From: Oscillospiraceae bacterium
GTDB taxonomy: Bacteria; Bacillota; Clostridia; Oscillospirales; Ruminococcaceae
DNA: 64,000 bases
Direction: 5' to 3'
Assembly (NCBI GenBank): GCA_019423755.1
Contig: JAHZAU010000009.1
Location: 3,815 to 67,814 of the forward strand
Part shown: positions 21,200 through 35,928 of the stretch, one piece after another
Layout: each line of letters opens with the position of its first letter
Position numbering within the stretch: position 1 is the stretch's first letter
The notes under the pieces: generated by a model
What the model saw: the letters and a program-made list of their open reading frames with translations, nothing else
The model's database searches: none
Told to the model about the DNA's origin: nothing
Position numbers and translations under genes: made by a program

Positions 21200-22141
21200 C
21201 TACTCCAGATCGATCTTGGCGTAAAGAGCCACGTCCTGGGCCTCGCTGGGGGCCTCAGAGCGAGGCACCTCGGTGCGGGGCGTAACCGGAGCCTTGTCCT
21301 CCTCGCTGCGGCGCTCGGGACGAGGACCGCGGCGGCGGGAACCTTCCGGCTTGGGGCCGTTGCCCGGACGGAATACAAACGGTTTGGACTCGCCTTCCTC
21401 GCTGTGGCTGCCTTCGCCCTGGGGACGGCGGCCGCCGCGGGGTTTGCTGTAACCGCCTTTGCCGCCCTTACCGGAACGGCCGCCCTTGTAGCCGCCTTTG
21501 CCGGCGGGGCGTTTGACGGGGTTGGTGGAGCTGATGACCACCCGGCGGTTGGGCTCTTCCCCGATGGAGGAAGAGGTGGCGCCCTCTACGGTAGCCACGG
21601 TAGCGTGGATGATGCGGCGCTCATAGGGGTTCATGGGCTCCAGGGTCACGCTGCGGCCGGTCTTGACGGCGCTGCGGGCCAGACGGCGGGCCAGGGATTC
21701 CAGGGTCTTTTCCCGTTTTTCCCGGAAGTTGCCGCTGTCGATGGTCACACGCATGTAGTCGCCTTCCAGACGGTTGATCACCAGACCGGTCAGGTACTGG
21801 ATGGAATCGATGGTCTCGCCGCGGCGGCCGATGACAAAGCCCAGGTCCTCACCCTTGAGGGTGATGCGCAGGGTATCGCCTTCCGCGTTGGCGTCCAGGG
21901 TGAAGTCCTGGGCGCCCATGGCCTTGAGGATACCGGAGATATACTCCACCGCTGCCGCTGCTTTATCGTCCTCTTTCACAAAGACGCGCACCTTGGCAGG
22001 GTAGCTTTTCAGGCCCAAAAAGCCTTTTTTCGGCAGATCGATGATCTCGAACTCCGCTTTTTCCCGGGTGACGCCCAGCTGGGCGCAGCCCTCTTCGATG
22101 GCAAGGTCCACTGTTTTTCCTGTGGTGATAATCTCCTTCAA
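21200..22141 (-). CDS. jag: RNA-binding protein Jag/EloR/KhpB
   Basis: Jag_N domain, KH (IGRRGETI), R3H (ERRIIH), basic disordered tail. Confidence 0.95.
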   Translation of the reverse strand: MKEIITTGKTVDLAIEEGCAQLGVTREKAEFEIIDLPKKGFLGLKSYPAKVRVFVKEDDKAAAAVEYISGILKAMGAQDFTLDANAEGDTLRITLKGEDLGFVIGRRGETIDSIQYLTGLVINRLEGDYMRVTIDSGNFREKREKTLESLARRLARSAVKTGRSVTLEPMNPYERRIIHATVATVEGATSSSIGEEPNRRVVISSTNPVKRPAGKGGYKGGRSGKGGKGGYSKPRGGRRPQGEGSHSEEGESKPFVFRPGNGPKPEGSRRRGPRPERRSEEDKAPVTPRTEVPRSEAPSEAQDVALYAKIDLE

Positions 22142-22189
22142 AACCGATTACCTCCTCTTTGCTTTCGATTTTATCCCGAAGGGCAAAGC

Positions 22190-23230
22190 CTACTTCAGAT
22201 CGTCGTCGGTGACTTCTTCGTATACTTCGCCGTATTTTTCTGCGTCACGTTTTCTGGCGGCAGCCAGCTTCTGACGGTTGATTTCCTTCTGGCTGAGGGC
22301 GCGCTGCTTGGCCTCGGCGTCGCCTTCTTTGGCGCGTTTTTTGGCCTCGATGCGCTCCAGGCGCGCTTTTTCTTTGCGCTCCTCCAGCTCTGCCTTGGCT
22401 TTTTCCGCCATTTCTTTGGGGTTATAGAACTTGTTGAGCACCAGGGTCTGTACCATCATCAGCAGGTTGGAGATCACCCAGTAGATACCAACACCGGCCG
22501 GTACCTGGAAGGCGATGAACACCGACATGAGAGGCATGGTATAGATCATTGCCTTCATGGTGCCGGCGCCGGGGCCTTCTGCGGTCATGGGGTTGGCTTT
22601 CATGCTGATGTAGGAGGACAGGAACGCGGTCACACCGGAGAGGATGGGGATCAGGATCAGGATGTTCAGCGCCATGGTGGGCTGTTCACCCAGGTTGATG
22701 CCCAAAAAGCTCATGTTGAAGGACTGGACCTGGTTGACGAAATCCTGTCCCATAGCAGAGAATGCTTCCGGGTTCTGGTGTACTGCGTTGATGATGGAGC
22801 TTTCCGGAGAGTAGTTACTGAGGGTCATGCCGGCAGCGGTCATGATCTCTTTTGCCTGCTGGATCACCGCGTCGCCCATGCCCAGGATGTGCTTCATGGG
22901 CTTGTAGATGACGTCGATGAGTCCGAAGAGGATGGCAAACTGGATGAGCATGGGCAGGCAGCCTGCGGTGGGCTTGTAATTTTCCCTGTCGTAGAGCTTC
23001 TGCATCTCTTCGGCCATCTTCTGCTGGTTTTTGGCGTACATCTTCTGGATCTCGCGCATCTCCGGCTGGAAGGCCGCCATCTTCGCGGAGGACTTCTGCT
23101 GCTTGATGGAAAGCGGGATCATCAGGAGCTTTGTCAGGATGGTGAAGACCAGCAGCGCCCAACCGTAGCTGTTGAGGATGTTGTACAGGAACTTCATGAC
23201 CCATCCGAGGGGAATTCCGAGAATATACAT
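22190..23230 (-). CDS. yidC: Membrane protein insertase YidC
   Basis: YGWALLVFT, GCLPMLIQ and PAGVGIYW motifs; start at ATG 23230 with GGAGG SD. Confidence 0.94.
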   Translation of the reverse strand: MYILGIPLGWVMKFLYNILNSYGWALLVFTILTKLLMIPLSIKQQKSSAKMAAFQPEMREIQKMYAKNQQKMAEEMQKLYDRENYKPTAGCLPMLIQFAILFGLIDVIYKPMKHILGMGDAVIQQAKEIMTAAGMTLSNYSPESSIINAVHQNPEAFSAMGQDFVNQVQSFNMSFLGINLGEQPTMALNILILIPILSGVTAFLSSYISMKANPMTAEGPGAGTMKAMIYTMPLMSVFIAFQVPAGVGIYWVISNLLMMVQTLVLNKFYNPKEMAEKAKAELEERKEKARLERIEAKKRAKEGDAEAKQRALSQKEINRQKLAAARKRDAEKYGEVYEEVTDDDLK

Positions 23231-23399
23231 GGGATAAACCTCCGTTTCACGCAGGACCTCTGAAACCGGCAATCGCCCTCCTGCGTGTTTTTTGTAAAGG
23301 TGCCCGATGGGATATTTCTGGTGAAAAGCCGGCGGCCGGACGAGCTTCCGTCCTGCCGGCTGCTTTCCTTAAAATAAGGGGTTTGCGGAAAGCCTGGTA

Positions 23400-23630
23400 C
23401 TATCTATCCCGATCCAACCGTTCGGGCACGGGGTCGTAGCCGCCGTCGTTAAAGGGGTGACAGCGGCAGATGCGCTTTACCGCCAGCCACCCGCCCCGCA
23501 GCAAACCAAAGCGCTGGATCGCTGTATAGGCGTAGGAAGAACAGGTGGGGGTAAAACGGCATTGGGGCGGGAAACAGGGGGACAGAAACTTCTGGTAAAA
23601 CCGGATGAGCAGCAATGCGATCTGTTTCAC
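23400..23630 (-). CDS. yidD: Membrane protein insertion efficiency factor YidD
   Basis: [10 protein letters not shown] and [14 protein letters not shown] motifs. Confidence 0.96.
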   Translation of the reverse strand: MKQIALLLIRFYQKFLSPCFPPQCRFTPTCSSYAYTAIQRFGLLRGGWLAVKRICRCHPFNDGGYDPVPERLDRDR

Positions 23631-24040
23631 GATGGTTTCCCCGCCTTAGGCTCCTTTGTGGGGCGCGGCTGCGCCGGTTTGGGGGAGCCTGTCTGCTTCT
23701 GTGCGGTAAGGCTTTGGATTTGTTTTTTCATCACAGGCAGGATCTGGGTGCTTTTGGCGTCCTTGGTTCTGACCCGGGCGACGAAAACAAAATCCCACCC
23801 ATCCGGCAAGGTAGGCTCCAGCTGGCGGTACGCCTCCCGAATGATCCGCTTGCAGCGGTTTCGGGATACCGCCGTCCCCAGCTTTTTGGTCACCGTAATG
23901 CCCATACGGCAGCCGCTGTGGCGGTTTTTCCCGCCGGACTTGGCCGCGTAGGTGACCAAAAGGGGATGGACGCTGCTTTTTCCCCGGTTATAAAGACGCA
24001 CAAAGTCTTTGTTGAGCTTTAAGGTTTTGAGTTTCTGCAT
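23627..24040 (-). CDS. rnpA: RNase P protein component
   Basis: [23 protein letters not shown] (RNR motif). Confidence 0.96.
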   Translation of the reverse strand: MQKLKTLKLNKDFVRLYNRGKSSVHPLLVTYAAKSGGKNRHSGCRMGITVTKKLGTAVSRNRCKRIIREAYRQLEPTLPDGWDFVFVARVRTKDAKSTQILPVMKKQIQSLTAQKQTGSPKPAQPRPTKEPKAGKPS

Positions 24041-24310
24041 ACTTTGCCCTTACTCTTTGGTCTTGGGTTTGTCAGGCGAGGCCGCCACCGTTGCCCCCAT
24101 TTTCGGATACAAGAAAAGAGCCATCCCACCACCCCACCGAGGGCGCACCCCCGTGCATCAGGTATGAGACAGCCCCCTCATTTTCCGGTTTATGAGGATG
24201 GAAAACGGGACTTGTGCCCTTGCCCCAAAGCAGCTGCCAGCCCGTCCCCAAGGGAAGCGGGCCACAACCGCGGGCAAGCGCCGGCCTCGATAATAAGCCT
24301 GTCCGCAAAA

Positions 24311-24445
24311 TTAGTAGGTCAGCTGTTTTCTGCCTTTTGCTCTTCTGCGGGCCAGAACTTTGCGGCCATTTCTAGTCGCCATTCTTTTTCTGAAACCGTG
24401 CTCTTTTTTTCTCTGCAGCTTCTTCGGCTGGTATGTTCTCCACAT
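24311..24445 (-). CDS. rpmH: 50S ribosomal protein L34
   Basis: [44 protein letters not shown], 44 aa, GGAGG SD. Confidence 0.97.
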   Translation of the reverse strand: MWRTYQPKKLQRKKEHGFRKRMATRNGRKVLARRRAKGRKQLTY

Positions 24446-24488
24446 GATTTGATTCCCTCCCTTCCAAGGCGAAACCTTACAGAATAAA

Positions 24489-24517
24489 ATTATAGACAAT
24501 CCAGCCCCAAAAGTCAA
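24489..24517 (-). promoter_or_regulatory. rpmH operon promoter
   Basis: TTGACT-N17-TATAAT. Confidence 0.8.
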
Positions 24518-24649
24518 GGGAAACCCGCAGCCGGACACAGGTTTTTTACATTTTTGAGAAGGCTTCCGCCCCCTAGCCGCCCACCTTTGTAGAAATCTGC
24601 TGGAAGGCTGCCAAAAACCGGACGCAAAATTCTACGGGGAGCTTTGTCG

Positions 24650-24890
24650 ATTTCGGTGGAAAGGGTACTTGAAACTTTCCACATCTCTGTGTTAAAATAT
24701 GTGTACAAAATTGTTGAAAGATATTTTTTCACTCATCTTCCACAACCTTTCCCGATCTCTCTCAACCGATCCCGCCTCCTGTTTAAAAAGTGTGGAACCT
24801 CCGTTTCATCCTAGCGGACAGGCTGGTCCGGACCGGTGTTTTCTTCTGTTGAGATGTGTGAAACAATTCTGCATAATTATCCACTCCCAT
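24650..24890. other. oriC upstream DnaA-box cluster (rpmH-dnaA spacer)
   Basis: DnaA-box-like 9-mers CTTTCCACA 24675, TCTTCCACA 24736, TGTGGAACC 24791, TTATCCACT 24877 in AT-rich DNA. Confidence 0.75.
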
Positions 24891-24913
24891 ACGGAAGAAG
24901 GGCTGCTTGCATT

Positions 24914-26269
24914 ATGAACTCATTAAATGAAGTGTTCCAGCAGGTCAAGGAATACTGCCTGCGCTCCAACCGCATCCCGGAGCTGGCGTACAAGCTTTGG
25001 ATCGACGATATTGAAATGGTCCAGTTCGACGGCTCCAGCGCGACCCTGGCGGTCAGCGCCGACTTTAAAAAGGATATCATCGAAAGCCGCTATCTGTCTA
25101 TCCTCAACGAAGGCTTCCAGAACGCCATGGGCTTCCCGGTCAACCTGCGGGTCATCTCCCAACAGGCTGGCGCCGCCGCGCCTGCGGCCCCCTCGGCAGC
25201 TCCCGCCCAGCCGGCCTCCCCGGCGGCGGACCCCACCCTTTCCAACCCGGACGGCGACTACGAATACACCTTCGAGACCTTTATCGTCGGCCCTTCCAAT
25301 AAGTTTGCCAACGCCGCCTGCCACGCCGTGGCCCAAAACCCGGCCAACGCCTACAACCCCCTGTTTATCTACGGCGGCTCCGGCCTGGGCAAGACCCACC
25401 TGCTCTGCGCCATCTCGGCAGAGATCAAGAAAAACGACCCCCGCACCAACGTTATCTACGTCAAGGGCGAGGAATTTACCAACGAGCTGATCGCCGCCAT
25501 CGCCAACGAAAGCACCAAGCAGTTCCACGACAAATACCGCCAGGCGGACGTGCTGCTGGTGGACGACATCCAGTTTATCGGCGGCAAAGAGAGCACCCAG
25601 GAAGAGTTCTTCCATACCTTCAACTCCCTTTACGAAAGCGGCAAACAGATCGTCCTCACCTCCGACCGGCCGCCCAAGGAGATCAAAACCCTGGAAGAGC
25701 GGCTGCGCACCCGCTTTGAGTGGGGCCTGCTGGCCGACATCCAGCCCCCGGATGTAGAGACCCGCATCGCCATCATCCGGCGCAAGGCGGAACTTCTCAA
25801 CCTGAACATCCCCAACGAGGTTTCGGAATACATCGCCGGCCGCATCAAAAACAACATCCGCCAGCTGGAAGGCGTGGTCAAAAAGCTCAACGCCTACCAG
25901 CAGTTGGCCCAGACGGCGCCCTCCATCATCATTGCGCAGAACGCCATCCGGGACATCCTCAACGACAACCAGCCTATCCCAGTGACGGTGGAACGCATCA
26001 TCTCCGAGGTGGGACGGACCTTCGGGGTCAACAGCTCGGATATCCGCTCCACCAAGCGCTCCTCCCAGATCTCCAACGCCCGTCAGATCGCCATGTACAT
26101 CATCCGGGAGATCACCCAGATGTCCATGGCCTCCATCGGCGAGGAATTTGGCGGCCGCGACCACTCCACCGTGGTCTACGCCATCAACCAGGTGAGCAAA
26201 AACATGAAGCAGGATTCCAAGTACAAGGAAACGGTGGAAGACATCATCAAAAACATCCGGGACGCCTAA
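24914..26269 (+). CDS. dnaA: Chromosomal replication initiator DnaA
   Basis: YNPLFIYGGSGLGKTHL, DDIQF, QEEFFHTFN and GGRDHSTV motifs. Confidence 0.98.
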   Translation: MNSLNEVFQQVKEYCLRSNRIPELAYKLWIDDIEMVQFDGSSATLAVSADFKKDIIESRYLSILNEGFQNAMGFPVNLRVISQQAGAAAPAAPSAAPAQPASPAADPTLSNPDGDYEYTFETFIVGPSNKFANAACHAVAQNPANAYNPLFIYGGSGLGKTHLLCAISAEIKKNDPRTNVIYVKGEEFTNELIAAIANESTKQFHDKYRQADVLLVDDIQFIGGKESTQEEFFHTFNSLYESGKQIVLTSDRPPKEIKTLEERLRTRFEWGLLADIQPPDVETRIAIIRRKAELLNLNIPNEVSEYIAGRIKNNIRQLEGVVKKLNAYQQLAQTAPSIIIAQNAIRDILNDNQPIPVTVERIISEVGRTFGVNSSDIRSTKRSSQISNARQIAMYIIREITQMSMASIGEEFGGRDHSTVVYAINQVSKNMKQDSKYKETVEDIIKNIRDA

Positions 26270-26620
26270 ATTCCTTCGGTGGAAAAGCCTTCGGCAGCCG
26301 CTGCTCCCAGGGCTTTTCCACCATTTTCTTCTTTCCACATTTCCGCTTTTCCCCACGCCGTTTTTCCCTCAGCGCCAACCCCTATTGTTTTCCCCGAGCT
26401 TCTGCACATTCTTTCCACATTCTCCACAGAGTTTTCAACAGCTTGTGGAGGAAAGAACCTTTCCTCCACTTTTCCCCCGCGGCCTCCCCAGCGCTCCGGG
26501 GAGATTTTTCCGCCGGTTTTTGGCTTGTTTATGGGATTTTTCTTCCCATTTCACATTTCCCCGGCCTCTACTACTACTACTATCTTTTTTAAGCTATCCT
26601 TTTCCTTCTTAGAAAGAAAA
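26270..26620. other. oriC downstream part: DnaA boxes, GC spacer, DnaA-trios and unwinding region
   Basis: Boxes at 26331, 26400, 26411, 26420, 26432 and 26444; then CCCCGGCC and (CTA)5 at 26568-26582 followed by a T-rich tract, as in B. subtilis incC. Confidence 0.88.
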
Positions 26621-26926
26621 CCACCCCCGTGGAGAAAAACCGCGGCCCCCTGTCCCAGGAAAACAGCGCCTTTGTCCCCTTGGGATAAGCCGAACTGAAA
26701 CGCAAAAACCGACCAGGTCCATCCGGTCGGTTTTTCTTTGCCATTCTTATCAGAATAAACGTTCTGCCCACGCAAGACAATCCCGGCGGGGATTTTTTTG
26801 CAGGGCGTTTCCCTGGGGCAGGTTTCATGTTATAATAGGATTTAGAATGGGCGGATCGCGGGCTTTCCCGCGTCTTTGCCTTATTAGAAAAGCGATACGA
26901 TTCCCAATAGAAAGAGGCAAATCCAT

Positions 26927-28033
26927 ATGAAAATGATCTGCGAAAAAAGCCTGCTGGTGGAAGCGGTGTCCAACGTTTCCCGGGCAGTCTGCGCAAAATC
27001 CCCCATCCCCGCTCTGGAAGGCATCCTCTTCCAGGCGGAAGGCGGCCAGGTGAAGCTGACGGCTTACGACCTGGAACTGGGCATCCTCACCTCGGTGGAA
27101 GCCAAGGTGGAGCAGCCCGGCCAGGTGGTGCTCTCCGCCCGCCTGCTGCTGGACATTATCCGCCGCATCCCCAGCGAAACGGTGCTCATCTCCTGCGACG
27201 AAAAGCAGCTGGTGCTCATCAAGGGCGGCGTCAGCGAATTTACCATCCTGGGCCTGCCGGCTGAGGACTTCCCTGAGCTGCCCGGCGTGGAGGAGGAGTC
27301 CAACCTGGTGATGAAGCAGGGCGTCCTAAAATCCATGATCGACCAGACCCTCTTTGCCATCGCTACCACCGACTCCAAACCGGTCCACACCGGTTCCCTG
27401 TTTGATGTGAAAGATTCCTGCGTTACCGTGGTCTCGGTAGACGGTTATCGCCTGGCCCTGCGCCGGGAGCCGCTGGTCACCGACCTGACCACCACCTTCA
27501 TCGTCCCGGGCAAGACCCTCTCCGAGGTGTCCAAGCTCCTTAAGGACGAGGAGGGCGAAGTCTGCCTGCAGGTGTCCCGCAAGCACATGATCTTCCGCAT
27601 CGGCAGCTACCACGTGATCTCCCGCCTGCTGGAGGGCGATTTCCTGGACTACAACGCCGCCATCCCCAAGGTGAGCAAGACCTCCGTCAAGGTCAACACC
27701 CGCAGCTTCATCGAGGCCATCGAGCGTACCTCCCTGCTCATCTCCGACCGCCTGCGCAGCCCCATCAAGCTGGGCATCGCCGACCAGATGATTCAGGTCA
27801 GCTGCTCCACCACCATGGGTAAGGCCTACGACGAGGTCCCCTGCGAGATCGAAGGCGAAGGGGTCAACATGGGCTTCAACAACAAATACCTCCTGGACGC
27901 CCTCAAGGCCACCGACTGCGATATGGTGCGCCTGGAGATCAACGGCGCCCTCTCCCCCATGCGGGTCATTCCTTTGGAAGGCGACAGCTTCCTCTTCTTG
28001 GTGCTGCCGGTACGGGTGAAAAACGATGACTAA
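26927..28033 (+). CDS. dnaN: DNA polymerase III beta clamp
   Basis: [22 protein letters not shown] and [10 protein letters not shown] motifs. Confidence 0.97.
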   Translation: MKMICEKSLLVEAVSNVSRAVCAKSPIPALEGILFQAEGGQVKLTAYDLELGILTSVEAKVEQPGQVVLSARLLLDIIRRIPSETVLISCDEKQLVLIKGGVSEFTILGLPAEDFPELPGVEEESNLVMKQGVLKSMIDQTLFAIATTDSKPVHTGSLFDVKDSCVTVVSVDGYRLALRREPLVTDLTTTFIVPGKTLSEVSKLLKDEEGEVCLQVSRKHMIFRIGSYHVISRLLEGDFLDYNAAIPKVSKTSVKVNTRSFIEAIERTSLLISDRLRSPIKLGIADQMIQVSCSTTMGKAYDEVPCEIEGEGVNMGFNNKYLLDALKATDCDMVRLEINGALSPMRVIPLEGDSFLFLVLPVRVKNDD

Positions 28034-28256
28034 TACCGAACGTGTTCTGATCCATACAGAATTTATCAAGTTGGATTCCTTTTTGAAATTTGCCGGCGCC
28101 GTGGAGACCGGCGGCCAGGCCAAGGAGCTGGTCCAGGCGGGCCAGGTGCTGGTCAACGGCGAGGTCTGCACCATGCGCGGCAAAAAGATCCGCCCCGGCG
28201 ACCTGGTGGAATGCCAGGGCCGCCGCTTTGCTGCGGCGGGAGAATCCGACCAGTAA
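28026..28256 (+). CDS. yaaA: S4-domain RNA-binding protein YaaA
   Basis: [10 protein letters not shown]...TGGQAK...[17 protein letters not shown]; dnaN-recF context. Confidence 0.9.
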   Translation: MTNTERVLIHTEFIKLDSFLKFAGAVETGGQAKELVQAGQVLVNGEVCTMRGKKIRPGDLVECQGRRFAAAGESDQ

Positions 28257-28301
28257 CAAACGAGCAACCAAAACCACACCAGCCAGAAGGGGGAGACCGG
28301 C

Positions 28302-29435
28302 TTGCTGATCCAGCAGCTTTGCCTAGAAAATTACCGCAATATCCAGCAGCTGAGCCTTTCTCCGGGGCCGGGGGTCAACGTCATCTACGGCGACAACGCC
28401 CAGGGCAAGACCAATCTGGTGGAGGCCCTGTGGCTGTTCACTGGGGCCAAGAGCTTTCGCGGGGTGCGGGAAAAGGAGCTGATGCGCTTCGGCTCCGGCC
28501 GCACCGAGGCCTCGGTGCGCTTTTGGTGCGCCGGAAGGGAGCAGACCGCCAGCTTCACCTGGACGGCGGAGCCCGGCGGCAGCGTCCGCCGGGAACTTCT
28601 GCTCAACGAGGTTCCTCAGGATAACGCCTCCCGCCTTTCGGGGCGGTTTTTTGCGGTGGTCTTTTCTCCGGCGCATCTGTCTCTGGCAAAAGACGGCCCG
28701 GAGCTGCGCCGCCGCTTCCTGGATACTGCCCTTTGCCAGCTAATCCCCAAGTATGAGGGCAGCCTGCGGGAATACCGCCGCATCCTCACCCAGCGCAACG
28801 CCCTGCTCAAGGACCTTTCCCGCTATCCCCAGCTTCAGGATACCTTGGAGGTGTGGGACGAGCACCTGGCCCGGGCTGGGGCGGCGGTCACCTGCTGCCG
28901 GGCGCGGTATGTGGTGCACGCTGCACGGCTGGCGGGGGAGGTCTACGCCGGCATGTCCGGCGGCAAGGAGGCTTTCTCCCTGCGGTATGCCGGGTTTGCC
29001 GGTCCGGAGGCCGACCAGATCCCCCTGGAAGAGCTGCGGGCCCAGCTGCTTTCTCAGCTGCGGGAGCGCCGCGCCCAGGATATCGACCACGGCATGACCA
29101 TGACCGGCCCCCACCGGGACGACCTGGTGTTGGAGTTGGACGGCGCGCCGGTGCGGCTCTACGGCTCCCAGGGGCAGCAGCGCAGCTGCGTGCTGTCGCT
29201 GAAGATGGCCGAATGTGCCATGATCGAGGAAACGGTGGGCGAAGCCCCGGTGATCCTGCTGGACGACGTCATGAGCGAGCTGGACGCCGCCCGCCGGGAT
29301 TATCTTCTCAACCAGATCAAAGGCCGGCAGGTGTTCGTCACCTGCTGCGACCGGGAAAGTTTCGCGGGACTGGAAGACGGCCTCTGCTTCCCCATCGAAG
29401 CGGGCGCCCTGCTGGACCCGGCAAAGGAGGAGTAG
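28302..29435 (+). CDS. recF: DNA replication/repair protein RecF
   Basis: GDNAQGKTN, GPHRDDL, GSQGQQRS and LLDDVMSELD motifs. Confidence 0.97.
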   Translation: MLIQQLCLENYRNIQQLSLSPGPGVNVIYGDNAQGKTNLVEALWLFTGAKSFRGVREKELMRFGSGRTEASVRFWCAGREQTASFTWTAEPGGSVRRELLLNEVPQDNASRLSGRFFAVVFSPAHLSLAKDGPELRRRFLDTALCQLIPKYEGSLREYRRILTQRNALLKDLSRYPQLQDTLEVWDEHLARAGAAVTCCRARYVVHAARLAGEVYAGMSGGKEAFSLRYAGFAGPEADQIPLEELRAQLLSQLRERRAQDIDHGMTMTGPHRDDLVLELDGAPVRLYGSQGQQRSCVLSLKMAECAMIEETVGEAPVILLDDVMSELDAARRDYLLNQIKGRQVFVTCCDRESFAGLEDGLCFPIEAGALLDPAKEE

Positions 29436-29439
29436 CCTT

Positions 29440-29742
29440 ATGTATCTGCATCTGGGACAGGATGTGGTGGTGCGCAGCGAGGATATCATCGGTATCTTCG
29501 ATATTGAAAACACCTCGGTTTCCAAGATCACCAAGGAGTACCTGGCGGCCCAGGAGAAGGCCCGCCGGGTCATCAACGTCTCCACCGAGCTGCCTAAGTC
29601 CTTTATCGTCTGCCGGCAGAGCCTGCCGGCCGGTCCGTCCGGCGCCCGCCGCGCCGAGACGCGGGTCTACGTTTCGCAGATCTCCTGCGCTACCCTGAAA
29701 AAACGCAGCGGCTTCATCCAGCAGATCCGTCTGGACGGTTGA
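29440..29742 (+). CDS. remB: DUF370/RemB-family protein
   Basis: MYLHLGQDVVV..IIGIFD..PKSFIV..TLKKR; recF-gyrB context. Confidence 0.85.
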   Translation: MYLHLGQDVVVRSEDIIGIFDIENTSVSKITKEYLAAQEKARRVINVSTELPKSFIVCRQSLPAGPSGARRAETRVYVSQISCATLKKRSGFIQQIRLDG

Positions 29743-29819
29743 TGCCGAAAAAAGTTCCCCTTCCGCCTGCCCGGGAGGGGATTTTTTGCGCCCTTTTTGC
29801 GAAAATCCCTTAAATATAA

Positions 29820-31958
<2,139 letters not shown>

Positions 31959-31988
31959 ACAAAAATATAACCTTTAGGAGAATTTATC

Positions 31989-32588
31989 ATGAGCAACGAC
32001 AAGAAGCAGCCGCAGCCGAAACCCCGGCGCAGCCCGGAGGATTTCGACCATAAGCTCACCTTCTCCCTGAGCCAGGAGGATTACCTGGAGTACAGCCGCA
32101 GCCAGTCCGCTCCCATGTGGAAAAAGACCCGCAAAAAGACCCTCATCTATCTCGGCGTCTTTGTGGTGCTGGGCATCGCCGCCCTGGTGCGCGCCCAGTA
32201 CACCCAGGACCCCCTTTGGAAGGACATTTACAGCGTGGGCGGCGTGCTGCTCATCGTTTATCAGCTGTTCAACGTCTTTTATAACTTCTGGATCTTCCCC
32301 AAAGCCATGGAGCGCTCGGTGCTCAAGGAGCTGAAAAAGGACCCCCGCACCCTGCAGGAAGTCACCCTTTGCTTTGACGAGGAGAAGATCGTCTCCTTCT
32401 GCCAGGGGGCGCACCAGTCCTCCTTCTTCTATGAGGACATCCTCTACCGCAAGGAGACCCCCCGGGTGCAGATCCTGGAGATGCGAAATGGAAAATGCCT
32501 GGTGCTCCCCAAAACCGTGCTGGAGCAGGCCGACGAGACCATCCGCCAGAAGGTGGAGAGCATCCGTCTGGTAAAGATGGGTATCTAA
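31989..32588 (+). CDS. YcxB-like two-TM membrane protein
   Basis: Two TM helices then a soluble domain ending LVLPK; AGGAG SD. Confidence 0.65.
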   Translation: MSNDKKQPQPKPRRSPEDFDHKLTFSLSQEDYLEYSRSQSAPMWKKTRKKTLIYLGVFVVLGIAALVRAQYTQDPLWKDIYSVGGVLLIVYQLFNVFYNFWIFPKAMERSVLKELKKDPRTLQEVTLCFDEEKIVSFCQGAHQSSFFYEDILYRKETPRVQILEMRNGKCLVLPKTVLEQADETIRQKVESIRLVKMGI

Positions 32589-32603
32589 CAGGAGGAAAAA
32601 ACC

Positions 32604-33293
32604 ATGATCGACGAGAAAACCACCCAGCAGCCGGCAGAAGCCGGTTTGGAAAACCAGGACCCTTCCCCCAGCCCTGCCCCGGAAACCGTCTCTCAGGAGC
32701 CGCTGGAGGCAGCAGAGCCGGAAAATCCGGCCGAAGAAGCTGATGAGCAGGAGGATTGGGAGGATATGCCCTCCGGCGTACCGGAGGAGATGGACCTTGC
32801 TTTCCACGTCAGCTATGACGACGTGTTCCCGGTGCTCAACCTAACCGACAAATACGACGGCACCCAGAAAAAGCAGAAGACCCGCGTGGGCATGCTGCTG
32901 CTCATCATGGTGCTGGAGGTCATCTCCTTCTTCCAGACCAGAAACGGCTTTATCCTGGTGCTGGCGCTGATCTTCGGAGCCATGGCGGTCTACCTGCAGC
33001 GGCGGGGCTTCGGCGTCAACCACCGCATCGCCAAAGCCTTCGAGGCCGAGGAACAGCAGACCTTCAAGGTCAACTACGAGGCCGCCTGGATCAACGGTAC
33101 CTACACCCGCTTCGGCGAGATGACCGTCTACGAGGTGGACGGCGCCCTTTCGGTGATTTATGACGAGAACCGCACCTTCGTCATCCCCCAGCGCCTGCTG
33201 TCGGAGGAAGAATGGGTCCAGCTGACCCGCAAGCTCAAGGGCCTGCTGGGCGACCGGTATTTCGACAAGACCCAGGAGTCTCTCAAAAAGTAA
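32604..33293 (+). CDS. Two-TM membrane protein with acidic N-terminus (YcxB-like C-terminus)
   Basis: AGGAGG SD; Glu/Pro-rich N-terminus, TM pair, FVIPQRLL. Confidence 0.6.
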   Translation: MIDEKTTQQPAEAGLENQDPSPSPAPETVSQEPLEAAEPENPAEEADEQEDWEDMPSGVPEEMDLAFHVSYDDVFPVLNLTDKYDGTQKKQKTRVGMLLLIMVLEVISFFQTRNGFILVLALIFGAMAVYLQRRGFGVNHRIAKAFEAEEQQTFKVNYEAAWINGTYTRFGEMTVYEVDGALSVIYDENRTFVIPQRLLSEEEWVQLTRKLKGLLGDRYFDKTQESLKK

Positions 33294-33346
33294 CCTTCCC
33301 TTTGACCATACATGCCTGATTTCATAGAAAAGTAGGGTGAGAATTG

Positions 33347-35827
<2,481 letters not shown>

Positions 35828-35928
35828 TCCCCCAAGACCCTTTTGGTTTGCAGGAGAGGGCGAAGCATGCCCGGCCCCGCCCCGGAATAGGATAGTGGGG
35901 CCAAAATAACAGAAAGAAGGCTTTATCT

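Noticed and set aside
23243..23640. parS half-sites (CGTTTCACG at 23243, TGTTTCACG at 23623)
   Set aside because: The second half of the palindrome is absent in both
26568..26583. (CTA)n as a microsatellite or the YYYYY ORF
   Set aside because: Explained by the DnaA-trio element of oriC
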